A DNA stretch of 63,992 nt, filler included, from an uncultured bacterium (GCA_964471275.1; 3 parts of 3 records of this genome joined end to end with filler, not necessarily neighbours in it), one strand, 5' to 3'; positions 37,473 through 47,808 are shown, counted from the first letter of the whole stretch. Made by a program: numbers and translations. The notes: a model not told the origin generated them from the letters alone.

Positions 37473-38414
37473 GTGCTTCTCGGACTCGAAACGTTCAGCT
37501 ATCACCTCGCCCTCGGTCGGGGGCAAATGGATATCTTTGGCTTCATCGAGCGCACGGCTGATCTTGGGCTAGATGGGGTCCAGATCAACATCGGACCGGC
37601 CACGACGTCGTGGGGACATCTGGGAGGCGATGATCCCGGGTTGATCCAGGAGGTCCGGCAAGCGGCGGAGAATCTGGGTTTTTTTATTGAGGTCGATACC
37701 CGCGGCACAGATTACGACTTCCTTGCACGGATTCTCAACCTTTGCTCGGATATCGGTGCTGATGTCCTGCGCTTGTATGCCGTGCCTGGTGATGACATCA
37801 CCCATGGTCTCGATCGTGCCGCCCACGATCTGATTGCCATTCTCCCGGTTTGTGCGGACCTCGGTGTCCGGATCGCGTTCGAAAACCACGAACACGAGAC
37901 TTCTGCAGATATCGTGTCTGTTGTTCGCCGTGTGGATAGTCCCTGGGTCGGCACCCTCGTAGACACGGGAAACGGCATGATGGTCTGGGAAGACCCGGTG
38001 GCATCAGTCCGGAACCTGGCACCGCAGGCCGTGAGTTCACACTTTAAGGATCACGTTGTCACGATTGAGGAAGGTGTGCCGACTATTGCCGGAGTAACGA
38101 TCGGAAGGGGGAGCATTGACTGCGACGAGTGCTTCAGGATACTGGCCACAGAATCCACTCTCGATCGGGTTAACATAGAAGTGTGCTACGACTATCGTGC
38201 TCCCTTCAGACGAACAGAAGAGAAGGGCGCAGGGGCCAGACTTGGTGAGGCGGCTTTTCAAGTTGTTGAGCCTCCGTACGATCCTGCTTATGTTGCGCCA
38301 CCCACGGGTCGCCGGTCCGCTACGGAGGACCGGCAGATGATCGACTGGCAAGATCAGGCAGTCGCTGAAAGCGTCCAGTTCGTCAAGCGGCTGAAGACAA
38401 TCCACGCCGGTTGA
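37473..38414 (+). CDS. Sugar phosphate isomerase/epimerase (xylose isomerase-like TIM barrel)
   Basis: GTG start after GGAG; AFENH, VDTGN, HFKD and NIE motifs. Confidence 0.85.
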   Translation: MLLGLETFSYHLALGRGQMDIFGFIERTADLGLDGVQINIGPATTSWGHLGGDDPGLIQEVRQAAENLGFFIEVDTRGTDYDFLARILNLCSDIGADVLRLYAVPGDDITHGLDRAAHDLIAILPVCADLGVRIAFENHEHETSADIVSVVRRVDSPWVGTLVDTGNGMMVWEDPVASVRNLAPQAVSSHFKDHVVTIEEGVPTIAGVTIGRGSIDCDECFRILATESTLDRVNIEVCYDYRAPFRRTEEKGAGARLGEAAFQVVEPPYDPAYVAPPTGRRSATEDRQMIDWQDQAVAESVQFVKRLKTIHAG

Positions 38415-38653
38415 ACGTAGGTCCTTCCGTCCGACCCACCTGACTAACCGAACCTCCAGAGTCACGACTGGGTCTATCTACAGACCTGATGTAATTAGCT
38501 GCTGCTCCCTGCCGTATTGTCTGGCGTTTTTGGCGTCCAGGCAGAGCCCGGGCGTCAAAATGGCGCACCAGCAGCTGGTGTTTCACTGCACTCTTTGCCG
38601 GAAAGGCGCTTAGGAGGTTGAAAAATCATAAGTTATGGGATCTCCTTACGCGT

Positions 38654-38669
38654 TGGCATTCACCTTGCA
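38654..38669 (+). promoter_or_regulatory. Sigma54 (-24/-12) promoter of hsp20
   Basis: TGGCATTCACCTTGCA matches GG-N10-GC; imperfect palindrome GCGTCAaaaTGGCGC at 38552-38566 upstream. Confidence 0.7.
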
Positions 38670-38724
38670 AAAAAGCGGTGTGAACATAGAGAAACACACA
38701 ACCAACACAACGGAGGACTCACAG

Positions 38725-39156
38725 ATGACACTCGTCAAGTGGAACCCAACCGCTCTTGACCGCGAAATCAACAGCCTCATCAAGATGTTCTGGGGTGAAT
38801 CCAAAACCTCCCACGGTGACGCGACTGCATGGAATCCGAGAATCGATGTGACTGAACTCGAGGATCGCTATGAGGTTCACGCCGAATTGCCGGGCCTGGT
38901 CAAAGAAGATGTGGGCGTTACGCTCAAGGACGGCGTCCTGAGGATTGAAGGAGAAAAGAAGCAAACGACAGATACAGCCGATGATGCCTATCGGCGGACA
39001 GAACGCGTCTACGGGAAATTCAGTCGCTCGTTCAACGTGGGTGACCGCGTCGAGGCCGATCGGATTTCAGCCGAGTATAAGGATGGCGTCCTGATTGTGG
39101 CTCTCCCGAAAGCAGAAGAAGTGAAGCCCAGAGAGATCGAAGTCAAGGTCGCGTAG
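38725..39156 (+). CDS. Small heat shock protein (Hsp20/alpha-crystallin)
   Basis: GGAGG RBS; PRIDV, AELPG, ERVYGKFSRSF, AEYKDGVL and C-terminal IEV. Confidence 0.95.
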   Translation: MTLVKWNPTALDREINSLIKMFWGESKTSHGDATAWNPRIDVTELEDRYEVHAELPGLVKEDVGVTLKDGVLRIEGEKKQTTDTADDAYRRTERVYGKFSRSFNVGDRVEADRISAEYKDGVLIVALPKAEEVKPREIEVKVA

Positions 39157-39201
39157 CGACCTCGTCGCCCGGGCATATTGGGTGAGTTACATGGATTGAG
39201 A

Positions 39202-39235
39202 GGCCGTCCTGCCACTCGGCGGGACGGCCGTTTCT
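39202..39235 (+). terminator. Terminator-like hairpin after hsp20
   Basis: GGCCGTCCTGCC-actc-GGCGGGACGGCC followed by GTTTCT. Confidence 0.6.
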
Positions 39236-39247
39236 GTCAGGAGCAGA

Positions 39248-40180
39248 ATGGAATTCCGAGACTACTACAGCACGCTAGGCATAGGACGGTCAGCCACAGA
39301 AGACGAGATTCAGGCCGCCTATCGAAAGCTTGCCAGACGCTATCATCCTGACTTGAACAAGACCTCTGATGCTGAAGAACGGTTTAAGGAGATTGCTGAA
39401 GCCTATGAGGTCCTGGGCGACTCGGACAGGCGGTCGAAGTACGATCGCTATGGTGCGGCCTGGAAGCAGATGGAGCAAAGCGGCAACGGATTCGGCGGGT
39501 TTGACTACGACCCGACCGCACAAGGCTTGGGGGGCGGTAGCTTTTACGACGTGCTCGAGCATCTGTTTGGCGCACAGTACAACGGCCACAATGCGCCGTT
39601 CACCGGGTTCGCAAACCGGTCTGGGCAAGAGATGCATCAGAGACCGTCCCGGGGCGAGGACCACGAAGCCACGATTCGTCTGACCCTTGAGGACGGTGCG
39701 CGAGGCGGCGCCCGAACCCTCTCGATTCCCCGTCCAACAGGCGGCAGCCGAAAGATCAAGGTCAAGGTTCCGGCTGGCGTTCTGCCAGGACAGAAGATCC
39801 GGCTGGTGGGGCAGGGCGGAGATTGCCCTGGGGGCCCTGGCGATCTTTACCTCAGGATCGAGATCCTGCCGCATCCTCATCTGCTATTGAGGGGTCGAGA
39901 TCTACACACTCGGCTTCGGGTTCCGCCTTGGCTAGCGGCGCTTGGTGGGGAGAGGGAACTCAGCACGTTGACAGGCAAGGCTCGAGTAAGCATCCCGCCC
40001 GGTGCCTCATCAGGAATGGACATCCGGCTAAAGGGGCTTGGGTATCCGGATGGCAATACGGCAGGTGATTTGTATGCAGAGCTGGTGATTGAGATACCAG
40101 AACGATTGAGTAATGGCCAGAGAGAGGCTTACGAAAAGCTCAAGTCGATTGATTCGGAGGAGACCCGTGATGTATCTTAG
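39248..40180 (+). CDS. Class B J-domain protein (CbpA/DnaJ2-like)
   Basis: MEFRDYY...YHPD J domain, no zinc finger, DnaJ C-terminal domain. Confidence 0.92.
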   Translation: MEFRDYYSTLGIGRSATEDEIQAAYRKLARRYHPDLNKTSDAEERFKEIAEAYEVLGDSDRRSKYDRYGAAWKQMEQSGNGFGGFDYDPTAQGLGGGSFYDVLEHLFGAQYNGHNAPFTGFANRSGQEMHQRPSRGEDHEATIRLTLEDGARGGARTLSIPRPTGGSRKIKVKVPAGVLPGQKIRLVGQGGDCPGGPGDLYLRIEILPHPHLLLRGRDLHTRLRVPPWLAALGGERELSTLTGKARVSIPPGASSGMDIRLKGLGYPDGNTAGDLYAELVIEIPERLSNGQREAYEKLKSIDSEETRDVS

Positions 40181-40490
40181 TACATTTACTCAGAAATCAC
40201 AGGAGGCCGTGCAGGCAGCGCAGTCGCTTGGCGTGCGGTCCGGTCACCTGGCAATCGGTCCCCTCCACCTGTTCCTCGCGCTGCTCAGCCAGGAAGAAGG
40301 CCTTGTTCTGCGAGTGCTCGAGCGGATGGAGGTTCCTGTTGGACGCGCAATAGCAACAACAGAAGACGAGGCGAAGCAGGTCCGGGTGACTCGGTTCTGG
40401 TTGGGGCGGATGGCGAGAAACTTACGATGGCGATTCAGAAAGCACTGTCTGATATGCGCGGTGCGGCCTGAGACATCGATCATCAGATAG
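40170..40490 (+). pseudogene. clpB: Truncated clpB (Clp N-terminal repeat only)
   Basis: FTQKSQEAVQAAQ...HLFLALLSQEEGLV resembles the ClpB N-domain. Similarity is lost after ~65 aa and no AAA+ domain follows. Confidence 0.75.
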
Positions 40491-40496
40491 CCTGCA

Positions 40497-40528
40497 AAAA
40501 GGCCCTCCTTCGGGTGGGCCTTTCTTAT
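40497..40528 (+). terminator. Intrinsic terminator
   Basis: AAAGGCCCTCC-ttcg-GGTGGGCCTTT followed by CTT. Confidence 0.7.
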
Positions 40529-40612
40529 TGTCTAGCTATCCGTGATCTTTTTACCTTGAGGGGGGGCCATGTGCTCTTATATCTTAAATTTTCATAGAGA
40601 TAGGAGAATTGT

Positions 40613-42019
40613 GTGAAGAGAGCGAAGATTGTCTGTACGCTCGGCCCAGCCAGCAGAACCGAGGAGGTTCTGACCCGAATGATCGATGCCGGTCTGGATG
40701 TGGTCCGGCTGAATTTCTCTCACGGAACGTATGCAGAACACCTGGAGACGATCCGGGTCGTCCGAGCCGTTTCGGACAAGCTGGGGAGACCCGCCGCGAT
40801 CATGCAGGACCTTCAGGGCCCCAAGATACGGGTGGGTGTCCTGAAAGACGTCCTCCACCTTACCAATGGTGAGGAAATTGTGCTCGCTTCAGGGCAAGAG
40901 GCGGAAGCGGGTGTAATTCCGACGACATACGTTGGCCTTGCGAGAGATGTATCAGCCACAGATCGGCTTCTGCTGGACGACGGCAGGATCGAGCTTCGTG
41001 TCAGTAAAGTTGCGGGTGGGAAAGTCTACGCTACGGTGATCGTCGGGGGAGATCTTTCCTCGCACAAGGGGATCAACCTGCCCAGTGTGCGTGTGAGCGC
41101 ATCCACACTTACCGAAAAGGATCTTGAGGATCTCAGGTTTGGCGTCGAGAACTGTGTGGATTACGTCGCGATGTCTTTTGTGCGCGGGCCGGCTGATATC
41201 GGTCTGGTCAAAAGGGAAGTCCGAAACTGGGGAGGAGAGATTCCCGTTATCGCGAAGCTGGAACGGTCAGAAGCCGTGGATGCCCTGGACGAGATCCTCG
41301 AGGTGGCGGATGGCGTGATGGTCGCGCGTGGCGATCTGGGTGTGGAAATGGCCCCTGAGCAGGTTCCGGTGATACAGAAGCGTATTATCGCTCGCGCCAA
41401 CGCGGCGGGAGTCTTTGTGATCACAGCGACGCAGATGCTGGAATCGATGACCGAGAACCCGCGACCGACGAGGGCGGAGGCATCGGATGTGGCGAACGCG
41501 ATCTACGACGGCACGGATGCGGTGATGCTCTCCGGTGAAACGGCCGTCGGTAAGTATCCGGTTGAGACGGTGGAGATGATGTCGCGCATCATATCGGAAG
41601 CAGAGACAGGCGTGCGTGCCTCGGAGGAACCTATCCGACGCCACTCCGGAACAGGTTCATTCCCCGACGCGATCGGCCACGCGGCAACCATGGCCGCCTA
41701 CGATGTCGGGGCCCGGGCGATCGTAGCCTTTACACAGTCAGGTGCGACGGCACGTCTGATCTCGAAACGGCGACCCAACACACCGATCGTGGCGTTCACG
41801 CCGGATGCCCGGGTCAGCCGTCAACTCAGCCTCTGTTGGGGCACGGAAACACGAATGATCGAGCAGGCGGAGGACACGGATGACATGATTCGTGAAGTCG
41901 AGTTACGCCTCCTTGAAGAGGGACGCGTGAGCGTGGGCGAGAATCTTGTTATTCTCTCCGGGGCCCCCGTGACGGCAAGAGCAGAGACAAATCTCCTCAA
42001 ACTGCATCGTGTCGGCTGA
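40613..42019 (+). CDS. pyk: Pyruvate kinase
   Basis: KIVCTLGPAS, RLNFSHG, DLQGPKIR, MVARGDLG, TATQMLESM and DAVMLSGETA. Confidence 0.97.
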   Translation: MKRAKIVCTLGPASRTEEVLTRMIDAGLDVVRLNFSHGTYAEHLETIRVVRAVSDKLGRPAAIMQDLQGPKIRVGVLKDVLHLTNGEEIVLASGQEAEAGVIPTTYVGLARDVSATDRLLLDDGRIELRVSKVAGGKVYATVIVGGDLSSHKGINLPSVRVSASTLTEKDLEDLRFGVENCVDYVAMSFVRGPADIGLVKREVRNWGGEIPVIAKLERSEAVDALDEILEVADGVMVARGDLGVEMAPEQVPVIQKRIIARANAAGVFVITATQMLESMTENPRPTRAEASDVANAIYDGTDAVMLSGETAVGKYPVETVEMMSRIISEAETGVRASEEPIRRHSGTGSFPDAIGHAATMAAYDVGARAIVAFTQSGATARLISKRRPNTPIVAFTPDARVSRQLSLCWGTETRMIEQAEDTDDMIREVELRLLEEGRVSVGENLVILSGAPVTARAETNLLKLHRVG

Positions 42020-43782
42020 TGTTCCTGCGGGCATCTCACAGAATTCCGTTTCTCCTCGCTATCTGCTTCGGTTTCGTCAGCTCGGTAGTCGCCCAGGCCG
42101 ACTCCGTGCAGACACTGACTGAGGTCGATATCACAGGGAACCGGAATTTCACGAAGCGTGATCTCATGGCGGTTATCGAGAGTCGTGAATCTTCCTGGTT
42201 CAGCTGGCTGCCGTGGGTGGATCGCACGCCGATGGTATCGGCCCGAGTTCGGACGGATATGCTCCGTCTCTCGACATTCTACCAGAACGAAGGATTCCTG
42301 GATGTCACCGTCGACACCCTGATCGAACGGCAGTCCAAGGGATACCGTGTTGCCTTCCGGGTCAGCGAGGGGCGGTCTGTTGTCGTGGATTCGGTCCGGA
42401 TCGCGGGTGTCGAGGGCAGCCTGACGAGCAATTTGAAGAAGAGAAGGACACTCGTCGGCGAACGTTTGACCCGATCCGGGATCGAAGACGACAGAATTCT
42501 GATTCTGTCTACCCTGAGGGATTCCGGCTATGCCTTCGCGAAGGTCTCGGCGCGGACCACCGTCCACCCCGAAACCCATCGGGCGCTTGTCGACATGATC
42601 GTGGAGCCCGGTCGACGCTACCGCTTCGCCGACGTGGTCGTGAAGGGAAACCGGAATGTCGGTGCACCCACGATCAGACGGGGCGTGACGTTCCGTCCGA
42701 GGGCTTCCTTCGAGCAGCGGAAGGTAACCGATGCCCGGCGGCAACTCTACCGGTCCGGTGCATTTCGCAGTGTTGTGCTTGCGTTTCCGGATAGTCTGGC
42801 GAGTGATACAACGGTTACCACTGTCGTCTCGGTTTCGGAACGATCGCTGCGCAGCGTCAAGCTTGGAGCAGGATACGACACGCAGAATCAGCTAAACGGG
42901 TCGGCCTCCTGGATACATCGCAGCGCCTTTGGGGGTGCCCAGCAGTTCCGGGTGGAAGGAAAGGTCTCGGCCATCCTGGCCGAAGTCAAGGCCAGTCTGA
43001 CACAGCCGTATGTCTTCGGAAGCCGGAACTGGATGAATTTCGGTGTCTTCGTTGTCGCTGAGGACAAGGGCGCGGTAAGTCAGACCGAGGTTGGTGGCAA
43101 TGTGATCTTCGAGCGTAATATCGCCTCACGAACCACGCTGTTTTTCGAGACACGTGGCGGGTTGATCGAGTTCAAGTCCGATAGCCTCTTTGTCGAGTTT
43201 GTAACTCAGTTTGTCAATGATAATCGGGATGATTTTCTGGACCCGAAGGAGGGCCTGTATACACGGCTTGAGGCCAGGCAGAAGGGCGCATTTCTGACAT
43301 CCGGCCGTGAGTTGATGCAGTTGACCGCCGAGGGTCGATGGTATTCCGATTTGCCGCTTAGCAGTGCGCTGGCCACACGGATCTTTGGCGGGATGATCGT
43401 CAATTTGAGCGAAGACAGTTCGATCCCCAGCTTCGACCGGTTCCGAGCGGGTGGTCCTTCGAGTGTGCGGGGATGGGCGTTCAATGAACTGGGTCCCAAG
43501 GACGCTCTGGGCGCTCCCGTGGGGGGCAGGAGTAAGTTCGAGGCAAGCATTGAGATCAGGTCCCAGTTCGGTAAGTATCTGGGGACGACATTCTTCCTGG
43601 ACGTGGGGAAGGTAGACCCCGAGCTCAACGCCTTCGATTTCAGCCAGTTCAAGTGGGCTATAGGGGGTGGAATCCGGTATCTCAGTCCCGTTGGTCCGAT
43701 CAGGCTGGATGCAGGAAGACGGTTGAGCGATGATGTCACTTCGCTTTGGCAGTATCACTTCAGCATTGGCCAGGCATTCTAG
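42019..43782 (+). CDS. TamA/BamA-family (Omp85) outer-membrane protein with POTRA domains
   Basis: Signal peptide, POTRA-like repeats, GGPSSVRGW, PVGPIRLD and C-terminal SIGQAF. Confidence 0.92.
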   Translation: MFLRASHRIPFLLAICFGFVSSVVAQADSVQTLTEVDITGNRNFTKRDLMAVIESRESSWFSWLPWVDRTPMVSARVRTDMLRLSTFYQNEGFLDVTVDTLIERQSKGYRVAFRVSEGRSVVVDSVRIAGVEGSLTSNLKKRRTLVGERLTRSGIEDDRILILSTLRDSGYAFAKVSARTTVHPETHRALVDMIVEPGRRYRFADVVVKGNRNVGAPTIRRGVTFRPRASFEQRKVTDARRQLYRSGAFRSVVLAFPDSLASDTTVTTVVSVSERSLRSVKLGAGYDTQNQLNGSASWIHRSAFGGAQQFRVEGKVSAILAEVKASLTQPYVFGSRNWMNFGVFVVAEDKGAVSQTEVGGNVIFERNIASRTTLFFETRGGLIEFKSDSLFVEFVTQFVNDNRDDFLDPKEGLYTRLEARQKGAFLTSGRELMQLTAEGRWYSDLPLSSALATRIFGGMIVNLSEDSSIPSFDRFRAGGPSSVRGWAFNELGPKDALGAPVGGRSKFEASIEIRSQFGKYLGTTFFLDVGKVDPELNAFDFSQFKWAIGGGIRYLSPVGPIRLDAGRRLSDDVTSLWQYHFSIGQAF

Positions 43783-43821
43783 CGTGACACACCAGAATCG
43801 ACAGAAGCAGGAGAGACCGTT

Positions 43822-46800
43822 CTGAGACGTGCAACGGTCACCTGGGTGCCCATTGCTTTGGCGACCGGGATCGCGCTCGTTTCGCTTGCCGCGATGTTCG
43901 GTCTGCTTAACAGGCCGATCCGGTCCGTAATCGAGGACCGGCTGTCCTATGGTCTGGGTGCGCGGGTATCGATCGAGTCACTGGACGGGAACCCGCTCTT
44001 CGAGTTCAGCCTTTCGAGAGTCGAAATCTCCGATTCTGGGAGCATCTACTTTGCCTGCGGCGAGGCGATCGTAAGCTATCGGCCGATCGGGCTGCTCTGG
44101 GGCAACCTTGTCGTCGATTCCCTGCGTCTCGTGAGTCCACGTCTGCGTGTCATTCGTGATCCTGCGGCCGAACCTCTTCGCTTCACACGCGACGCGCTCC
44201 CTGCCGTTGACCTCAAGAGCATTATCGTCGAGCGCGGCATCCTGACGGTCGTACACGACAACAGATCAACCGTCGCCGAAAACCTGCATTTGGAGGTGGG
44301 ATTCAGCAACACGTCAGGAGAGGCCTCTCTCAGCCTGAGGCGGCTGAAGGCCTTCGTCCTAGATCCTCCTATTGAGATCTCGAACCTATCGGGACTCGCC
44401 CTCTCACGCGAAGACATCCTCCTTTTTCAAGATGTGCAGTTGTCATCTCCGCGTAGCAGTCTGCTCGTGAACGGTGAGGTCGTTGGGCTGCACGATCCCC
44501 AGTTCCGGTTCGACCTCGCCGTCGATTCACTGAGTCTGGATGAAGCCGAGCAGGTTACGGGCGTTGAGCTGCCACCGGCAACGCTCTGGCTTTCCGGTCG
44601 TGTCGAGGGGGAGCGTAAGGCCTTTGATGTGACGATGGACTGGGTCGCCGGGGGCGCAGCGGGTGACCTCAAAATGAAGTTCTCGAATCAAGAGGATGCG
44701 CTGCATTCTGTCGAGATGAGGGGGCGAGAGGTGGATCTGACTGCGCTTATGGGTCTGCCTGTTCGAGGTGACTTTGAAATGACCGCGGAAGGCACAGGGC
44801 TGACGCTAGAGACCGCGAGCGGACTGGCGAGGGCGTGTATCGCGAGCGGGGCGGTATATGGCGTCCCGATCGATTCGCTTTCAGTTGAGGTGCTGTATGC
44901 AGAGAATGCCGTTATCGGAGCTATGTTGCTCGACGGAGATGTAGGCACATTTTACGGTTCAATGCAGTACGACCAGCAGCATCGTCTTCGTCTGAACGGT
45001 CATCTCGCGGGTGTGGACCTGTCGAAAGCGGGTGGTCCCGACTCACAATTGAATGGTGAATTGAGTGTCAGCAGAGCCTTGGGAACCACGCGCATCGAAC
45101 TGAACCTGAGCAGTGTGTTGATTCATGATTTTGATGCCGGAAAGCTTGTAGCTGAGCTGTCACACTCCTCCAGTGAAGTGATGCTCGAGTCGTTGGCCTG
45201 GACAGGAGAGAACGATGCGTTCAGGATCCACGGCTCGGGTCATCTCTGGCGGCAGGCCGACGATCAGTACGACGTGGCGGTTGATGGCCAGGTCAGTCCC
45301 ACCACGCTCCTGCGGCTCGCAGAGGGTGACGCGCGTCCGGTCTCCTTCGTCTCCCGTGTCTGGAACGAGTCGCTTGCGTTTGGTGCGACACGTGAACGGA
45401 TACGGATTGACGCGGATCTGTCTGGTTTCCTGGGACTCGATTCGCTGGTTACCGAGGCAACCGCTGAGGGTGGACGCATACTGTTGGATCATTTTCAAGC
45501 GCGGGGCCCTTCCGCATCGCTCGATGTTCAGGGCGAGCTGATCCTGGAAAGCGCTTTCGACCTGCAGGCAACCTACACAGCTGCAGACCTTGAAGGGATT
45601 CCCAAAACAATTCTCGGTGATGCGACCGGTTCCACGATCAGGGCCAAGGCTTCAGCCATCGGGCCGTGGGATTCACCAGAGGTACTGGGGCAGGTTCAGA
45701 TCGATACACTCCACGCGGCCGGGGCCGCTTTCGAAGGCCTTACGCTCGATGTGAACGTGCCCCTACAGGAAGAGGGCGGTGCCTCCCTTCACGCCAAATC
45801 GGCCTTGTGGGGAGGGCGTGAACTCCGTGGATTCTACGCCGAAGTTGGCATCCACGGTGAGGATATCTCATTCCTGACCGGGAACCCCGAGGGCTCAGAA
45901 AACCACGTTTCGGTTTGGGGAGGGGCAACTCTTACTGACGACAGTCTGTCTGTCCGGGTGGATTCTGCGATGATCCAGCTCCAGGACGAATATGTTGCCA
46001 ATCAAGGGCCAATTTCACTGTCCCACACACGTGACGCGGGGTTTGTGATACACCAACTCCATCTGGCCGGTCCCTCCGGCGAATTGGAGGCGGCTCCACA
46101 AGCCGCGGGGAAGGCCCTAGACATTTGCGTGAACGAGTTCAGGTTGCAGCCCTGGGCGTTCCTGGTTGGGATGGATGATCGACTGGAGGGGAAACTCTCC
46201 GGTGGTGTGTCAATTGGGGGAGAGGTAGGGGACTGGACTACGTCCGCCGTGTTCGAAGTTGCAGACTCGCGAATCGACAGCTTCAAGGCAGATGCGATCT
46301 ATTGTGAAATCTCCTACCACGGCGACAGGGCACAGGGGAAGATCGGTGCACGTGTCGGGTCCGGTGATCTCTATCTCGAGGGTGTGGCAGAGATGGACAA
46401 TGCAAATCCGGATCGGGAGGTCGATCTCAGGGCGGTCGCCGAAGCGTTTCCGTTGGCCGCGTTGAACGGTTTCTGGCCGCAAATCACAGATATAGACGGT
46501 GAACTTTCCGGCCAGGTCTGGATGACGGGTCTGGCTAGGTCAATCGAGGTGAATGGGGATCTTGCTGTCAGCAGCGGCCAGTTCAGGATTCCGTCATTGA
46601 ATCGAGGACTGACGGGTGTCCAGGTGGAGGTCGACGTTTCAACCGATGCTCTGACATTCAGCCAGTTCGAGGGAGACGGTCTGACGGGGACACTCTCCGC
46701 GGTCGGGACGATAGGTCTCAACAAGATTGACCTCGAGCGTGTTCTGGTGGACCCGTTGTTCGGAGCGCTGAACGTCGATCTGGCCGCTGTCGGTCTGGAT

Positions 46801-47808
46801 GCTTCTGCTACGCCGGATCTGCAGGCCACAATAGAGGGGGCGGTCGGTTTGACCGGCACGCTGGCGAGCCCGCTTCTCGTGGGCCGGCTGGTCCTGCAGA
46901 AAGCCGAGATTCGCCTGCTGTCGATGCTTGAGGCGCCGCCGGATCCAGAAAGCATCTGGCGTGTCATTCCGTTCTTTGAGAACCTTCAGTGTCAGCTGCA
47001 ATTGTCGGCAGAGAGACATCTTTGGGTTCGCGACGATTTGGTAAATGTCGAGCTGTCGGGGGATGTGGATGTTCTGAGAGACCTGGATGACCTGTCTGAA
47101 CGTAGGGCCGAGGAGCTGGGTTTCCAGTTCTTTGGTACGATGAACAGCCTGCGTGGAACCTACCGTTTCCAGAGCAGGAGCTTCAGGGTCTGGCGAGAGG
47201 GCGAGCTGAGATTTCTGGGTGAGCAACCCGTGGATCCAGAGATCAGTCTCGAAGCGTATGCTCGATTCCCGATCACGGTGTCTTCTGGTGAGGAGGGTGT
47301 AGATCAGCGGTCAGACATCAACATGACCGTGCTCGTTCTGGGTTCATTCGCCCAGCCCAAGATATCTCTGATCGAGGATCACCCCGATAATGTCGAACTG
47401 AACACGATTGTAGACGAATCTCGCCAGGCGGAGCTGTTGTCCTACATTCTCTTTGGCCGATCTCCGGATCAGCTGATCGCGGCGGAGCAAAGCGCATTGG
47501 GCGAACAGTCGGCTGGATTGGTGCTGGGCCTCGCGACACGTGAACTTCAGAGTCGCATCGCCGCGAGCCTGAATCTCGACATGGTTCAGGTCGAGATGGG
47601 CGGGGCGTCGACGATCGATCGCGTGCGCGTCGGGAAGTATATCGGCGACCGATTGTTCGTGACGTATGAAGATCAGATCGGACAAGGGAGGGAGTTCGTC
47701 GTCGAGTACGAGCTGCTTCCCCGGTTTTCGCTTGAATCCAGTATCGGCGAAACACCCGATGGGCAGGTCGAACCGTCCCTGCGGCTGACCTGGGGCAAGG
47801 ATTGGTAG
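43822..47808 (+). CDS. TamB/AsmA-family translocation and assembly module protein
   Basis: About 1320 aa beta-rich protein downstream of an Omp85 gene; N-terminal anchor; C-terminal VGKYIGDRLFVTY. Start uncertain (CTG 43822 or GTG 43846). Confidence 0.88.
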   Translation: MRRATVTWVPIALATGIALVSLAAMFGLLNRPIRSVIEDRLSYGLGARVSIESLDGNPLFEFSLSRVEISDSGSIYFACGEAIVSYRPIGLLWGNLVVDSLRLVSPRLRVIRDPAAEPLRFTRDALPAVDLKSIIVERGILTVVHDNRSTVAENLHLEVGFSNTSGEASLSLRRLKAFVLDPPIEISNLSGLALSREDILLFQDVQLSSPRSSLLVNGEVVGLHDPQFRFDLAVDSLSLDEAEQVTGVELPPATLWLSGRVEGERKAFDVTMDWVAGGAAGDLKMKFSNQEDALHSVEMRGREVDLTALMGLPVRGDFEMTAEGTGLTLETASGLARACIASGAVYGVPIDSLSVEVLYAENAVIGAMLLDGDVGTFYGSMQYDQQHRLRLNGHLAGVDLSKAGGPDSQLNGELSVSRALGTTRIELNLSSVLIHDFDAGKLVAELSHSSSEVMLESLAWTGENDAFRIHGSGHLWRQADDQYDVAVDGQVSPTTLLRLAEGDARPVSFVSRVWNESLAFGATRERIRIDADLSGFLGLDSLVTEATAEGGRILLDHFQARGPSASLDVQGELILESAFDLQATYTAADLEGIPKTILGDATGSTIRAKASAIGPWDSPEVLGQVQIDTLHAAGAAFEGLTLDVNVPLQEEGGASLHAKSALWGGRELRGFYAEVGIHGEDISFLTGNPEGSENHVSVWGGATLTDDSLSVRVDSAMIQLQDEYVANQGPISLSHTRDAGFVIHQLHLAGPSGELEAAPQAAGKALDICVNEFRLQPWAFLVGMDDRLEGKLSGGVSIGGEVGDWTTSAVFEVADSRIDSFKADAIYCEISYHGDRAQGKIGARVGSGDLYLEGVAEMDNANPDREVDLRAVAEAFPLAALNGFWPQITDIDGELSGQVWMTGLARSIEVNGDLAVSSGQFRIPSLNRGLTGVQVEVDVSTDALTFSQFEGDGLTGTLSAVGTIGLNKIDLERVLVDPLFGALNVDLAAVGLDASATPDLQATIEGAVGLTGTLASPLLVGRLVLQKAEIRLLSMLEAPPDPESIWRVIPFFENLQCQLQLSAERHLWVRDDLVNVELSGDVDVLRDLDDLSERRAEELGFQFFGTMNSLRGTYRFQSRSFRVWREGELRFLGEQPVDPEISLEAYARFPITVSSGEEGVDQRSDINMTVLVLGSFAQPKISLIEDHPDNVELNTIVDESRQAELLSYILFGRSPDQLIAAEQSALGEQSAGLVLGLATRELQSRIAASLNLDMVQVEMGGASTIDRVRVGKYIGDRLFVTYEDQIGQGREFVVEYELLPRFSLESSIGETPDGQVEPSLRLTWGKDW

